Shown: positions 58,723-64,000 of the stretch, piece by piece
Layout: the number at the start of each line of letters is the position of its first letter
How positions within the stretch are numbered: the first letter of the stretch is position 1
Source of the DNA: Bugula neritina
Taxonomy: Eukaryota; Animalia; Bryozoa
Length of the DNA stretch: 64,000 nt
NCBI GenBank assembly: GCA_964035545.1
Contig: CAXIUT010000134.1
Span: forward strand, 1-64,000
Direction: 5' to 3'
The notes under the pieces: model-generated
What the model was told of the DNA's origin: nothing
The model's input: the letters and a program-made list of their open reading frames with translations, nothing else
Databases searched by the model: none
Program-made: the position numbers and the translations under genes

Positions 58723-61700
58723 ATATAGTATCATAGTATTAGAATATATAGTATCATAGTATTAGAATATAGAGTATCATAGTATTAGAGTATAGAGTAT
58801 CATAGTATTAGAATAATTATATAGTATCATAGTATTAGAATATATAGTATCATAGTATTAGTATATATAGTATCATAGTATTAGAATATATAGTATCATA
58901 GTATTAGAATATATAGTATCATAGTATTAGAGTATAGAGTATCATAGTATCAGAATATATAGTATCTTAGTATTAGAGTATATAGTATCATAGTATTAGA
59001 GTATATAGTATTATAGTATTAGAATATATAGTACCATAGTATTAGAATATATAGTATCATAGTATTAGAATATAGAGTATCATAGTATTAGAATATATAG
59101 TATCATAGTATTAGAATATAGAGTATCATAGTATTAGAATATAGAGTATCATAGTATTAGAATAATTATATAGTATCATAGTATTAGAGTATATAGTATC
59201 ATAGTATTAGAATATATAGTATCATAGTATTAGAGTATATAGTATCATAGTATTAGAATATATAGTACCATAGTATTAGAATATATAGTGTCATAGTATT
59301 AGAGTATATAGTATCATAGTATTAGAATATATAGTATCATAGTATTAGAGTATATAGTATCATAGTATTAGAGTATATAGTATCATAGTATTAGAATATA
59401 TAGTATCATAGTATTACAATATAGAGTATCATAGTATTAGAATATATAGTATCATAGTATTAGAATATATAGTATCATAGTATTAGAATATATAGTATCA
59501 TAGTATTAGAGTATATAGTATCATAGTATTAGAATATATAGTATCATAGTATTAGAATATATAGTATCATAGTATTAGAATATATAGTATCATAGTATTA
59601 GAATATATAGTATCATACTATTAGAATATATAGTATCATAGTATTAGAGTATATAGTATCATAGTATTAGAATATATAGTATCATAGTATTAGAATATAT
59701 AGTATCATAGTATTAGAATATATAGTATCATAGTATTAGAATATATAGTATCATACTATTAGAATATATAGTATCATAGTATTAGAGTATATAGTATCAT
59801 AGTATTAGAATATATAGTATCATAGTATTAGAATATATAGTATCATAGTATTAGTATATATAGTATCATACTATTAGAATATATAGTATCATAGTATTAG
59901 AGTATATAGTATCATAGTATTAGAATATATAGTATCATAGTATTAAAATATATAGTATCATAGTATTAGAATATATAGTATCATAGTATTAGAATATATA
60001 GTATCATACTATTAGAATATATAGTATCATAGTATTAGAGTATATAGTATCATAGTATTAGAATATATAGTATCATAGTATTAGAATATATAGTATCATA
60101 GTATTAGTATATATAGTATCATAGTATTAGAATATAGAGTATCATAGTATTAGAATATATAGTATCATAGTATTAGAATATATAGTATCATAGTATTAGA
60201 ATATATAGTATCATAGTATTAGAATATATAGTATCATACTATTAGAATATATAGTATCATAGTATTAGAGTATATAGTATCATAGTATTAGAATATATAG
60301 TATCATAGTATTAGAATATATAGTATCATAGTATTAGAATATATAGTATCATAGTATTAGAGTATATAGTATCATAGTATTAGAATATATAGTATCATAG
60401 TATTAGAATATATAGTATCATTGTATTAGAATATATAGTATCATAGTATTAGAATATATAGTATCATACTATTAGAATATATAGTATCATAGTATTAGAG
60501 TATATAGTATCATAGTATTAGAATATATAGTATCATAGTATTAGAATATATAGTATCATAGTATTAGAATATATAGTATCATAGTATTAGGATATATAGT
60601 ATCATACTATTAGAATATATAGTATCATAGTATTAGAGTATATAGTATCATAGTATTAGAATATATAGTATCATAGTATTAGAGTATATAGTATCATAGT
60701 ATTAGAATATATAGTATCATAGTATTAGAATATATAGTATCATAGTATTAGAGTATATAGTATCATAGTATTAGAATATATAGTACCATAGTATTAGAAT
60801 ATATAGTATCATAGTATTAGAATATATAGTATCATAGTATTAGAATATATAGTATCATAGTATTAGAGTATATAGTATCATAGTATTAGAATATATAGTA
60901 TCATAGTATTAGAATATATAGTATCATAGTATTAGAATATATAGTATCATAGTATTAGAATATATAGTATCATAGTATTAGAATATAGAGTATCATAGTA
61001 TTAGAGTATATAGTATCATAGTATTAGAGTATATAGTATCATAGTATTAGAATATATAGTATCATAGTATTAGAATATATAGTATCATAGTATTAGAATA
61101 TATAGTATCATAGTATTAGAGTATATAGTATCATAGTATTAGAATATATAGTATCATAGTATTAGAATATATAGTATCATAGTATTAGAATATATAGTAT
61201 CATAGTATTAGAATATATAGTATCATACTATTAGAATATATAGTATCATAGTATTAGAGTATATAGTATCATAGTATTAGATTATATAGTATCATAGTAT
61301 TAGAATATATAGTATCATAGTATTAGAATATATAGTATCATAGTATTAGAATATATAGTATCATACTATTAGAATATATAGTATCATAGTATTAGAGTAT
61401 ATAGTATCATAGTATTAGAAGATATAGTATCATAGTATTAGAGTATATAGTATCATAGTATTAGAATATATAGTATCATAGTATTAGAATATATAGTATC
61501 ATAGTATTAGAATATATAGTATCATAGTATTAGAATATATAGTATCATACTATTAGAATATATAGTATCATAGTATTAGAGTATATAGTATCATAGTATT
61601 AGAATATATAGTATCATAGTATTAGAATATATAGTATCATAGTATTAGAATATATAGTATCATAGTATTAGAATATATAGTATCATACTATTAGAATATA

Positions 61701-63800
61701 TAGTATCATAGTATTAGAGTATATAGTATCATAGTATTAGAATATATAGTATCATAGTATTAGAATATATAGTATCATAGTATTAGAGTATATAGTATCA
61801 TAGTATTAGAATATATAGTATCATAGTATTAGAATATATAGTATCATAGTATTAGAATATATAGTATCATAGTATTAGAGTATATAGTATCATAGTATTA
61901 GAATATATAGTATCATAGTATTAGAATATATAGTATCATAGTATTAGAATATATAGTATCATAGTATTAGAATATATAGTATCATAGTATTAGAATATAT
62001 AGTATCATACTATTAGAATATATAGTATCATAGTATTAGAGTATATAGTATCATAGTATTAGAATATATAGTATCATAGTATTAGAGTATATAGTATCAT
62101 AGTATTAGAATATATAGTATCATAGTATTAGAATATATAGAGTATCATAGTATTAGAATATATAGAGTATCATAGTATTAGAATATATAGTATCATAGTA
62201 TTAGAGTATATAGTATCATAGTATTAGAGTATATAGTATCATAGTATTAGAATATAGAGTATCATAGTATTAGAATATATAGTATCATAGTATTAGAATA
62301 TATAGTATCATAGTATTAGAGTATATAGTATCATAGTATTAGAATATATAGTATCATAGTATTAGAATATATAGTATCATAGTATTAGAATATATAGTAT
62401 CATAGTATTAGAATATATAGTATCATACTATTAGAATATATAGTATCATAGTATTAGAGTATATAGTATCATAGTATTAGAATATATAGTATCATAGTAT
62501 TAGAATATATAGTATCATAGCATTAGAGTATATAGTATCATAGTATTAGAATATATAGTATCATAGTATTAGAATATATAGTATCATAGTATTAGAATAT
62601 ATAGTATCATAGTATTAGAGTATATAGTATCATAGTATTAGAATATATAGTATCATAGTATTAGAATATATAGTATCATAGTATTAGAATATATAGTATC
62701 ATAGTATTAGAATATATAGTATCATACTATTAGAATATATAGTATCATAGTATTAGAGTATATAGTATCATAGTATTAGAATATATAGTATCATAGTATT
62801 AGAGTATATAGTATCATAGTATTAGAGTATATAGTATCATAGTATTAGAGTATATAGTATCATAGTATTAAAATATATTGTATCATAGTATTAGAGTATA
62901 TAGTATCATAGTATTAGAATATATAGTACCATAGTATTAGTATATATAGTATCATAGTATTAGAATATATAGTATCATAGTATTAGAATATATAGTATCA
63001 TAGTATTAGAATATATAGTATCATACTATTAGAATATATAGTATCATAGTATTAGAGTATATAGTATCATAGTATTAGAATATATAGTATCATAGTATTA
63101 GAATATATAGTATCATAGTATTAGAGTATATAGTATCATAGTATTAGAATATATAGTATCATAGTATTAGAATATATAGTATCATAGTATTAGAATATAT
63201 AGTATCATAGTATTAGAGTATATAGTATCATAGTATTAGAATATATAGTATCATAGTATTAGAATATATAGTATCATAGTATTAGAATATATAGTATCAT
63301 AGTATTAGAATATATAGTATCATACTATTAGAATATATAGTATCATAGTATTAGAGTATATAGTATCATAGTATTAGAATATATAGTATCATAGTATTAG
63401 AGTATATAGTATCATAGTATTAGAGTATATAGTATCATAGTATTAGAGTATATAGTATCATAGTATTAGAATATATAGTATCATAGTATTAGAATATATA
63501 GAGTATCATAGTATTAGAATATATAGTATCATAGTATTAGAATATATAGTATCATAGTATTAGAATATATAGTATCATAGTATTAGAATATATAGTATCA
63601 TAGTATTAGAATATATAGTATCATAGTATTAGAATATATAGAGTATCATAATATTAGAATATATAGTATCATAGTATTAGAGTATATAGTATCATAGTAT
63701 TAGAGTATATAGTATCATAGTATTAGAATATAGAGTATCATAGTATTAGACTATAGAGTATCATAGTATTAGAATATATAGTATCATAGTATTAGAATAT
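58715..63800. repeat. 23-bp tandem satellite array, right block (continuation of the same array)
   Basis: Same monomer and orientation. The variant order continues in register from the left block and the array ends at 63800 against unique, GC-richer sequence. Confidence 0.99.
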
Positions 63801-63818
63801 CCACTAGAGTTGCCCCAC

Positions 63819-64000
63819 CTTTCGCAACACCTTGGCCTGCACACTCTCAGAGAAAGGGTTGCTGGGATCAATGAAGACAGTGGTGTTCAGCATAGCCTCG
63901 GTGAGCTCCGGGGGTTGATAGAACGTCGTATCCACCACTGGCGTCATTCTCTGTAACATCAGATCTGATTTCACCATGTCATCCGCTCCAGCCGCCATCT
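63819..64000 (-). CDS. Probable internal exon of a host gene, cut by the window edge; weak resemblance to the segment preceding the BUB1/BubR1 kinase domain
   Basis: GC content jumps abruptly and only one minus frame is open: MAAGADDMVKSDLMLQRMTPVVDTTFYQPPELTEAMLNTTVFIDPSNPFSESVQAKVLRK. A candidate donor AAG|GTGGGG sits at 63819/63818, just before the in-frame TAG. Coding status is moderately supported; the BUB1-like identity (NPF..hh..hL motif) is weak. Confidence 0.55.

Overview
AT-rich eukaryotic DNA with GT-AG introns, probably animal. About 44 kb (1-38634 and 58715-63800) is one 23-bp satellite (consensus TAGTATCATAGTATTAGAATATA) with nested higher-order duplications (138 bp, ~4.1 kb, 4231 bp, ~22 kb). 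The array is interrupted by a single 20,080-bp insertion (38635-58714) with an exact 8-bp target-site duplication (ATTAGAAT) and very short imperfect termini (CAGTGCATC...GATATACTG). The satellite variant order resumes in register after it, and empty paralogous sites exist elsewhere in the array, so this looks like a recently inserted, very large DNA transposon. Inside are a degenerate multi-exon Cys-rich gene on + that loosely resembles CxC3/KDZ-type transposases, divergent exon-like remnants on -, a central TAG/ACT-rich low-complexity zone, tRNA-derived SINE-like heads, an (ACT/GCT)n microsatellite and a ~5.3-kb inverted duplication with nested hairpins. At the right edge a GC-richer minus-strand exon (weakly BUB1-like) has a candidate splice donor 18 bp before the satellite. 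The satellite plus transposon may therefore lie in a >63-kb intron, and the satellite consensus has no GT or AG on that strand. All protein family calls are by eye and need HMM confirmation.
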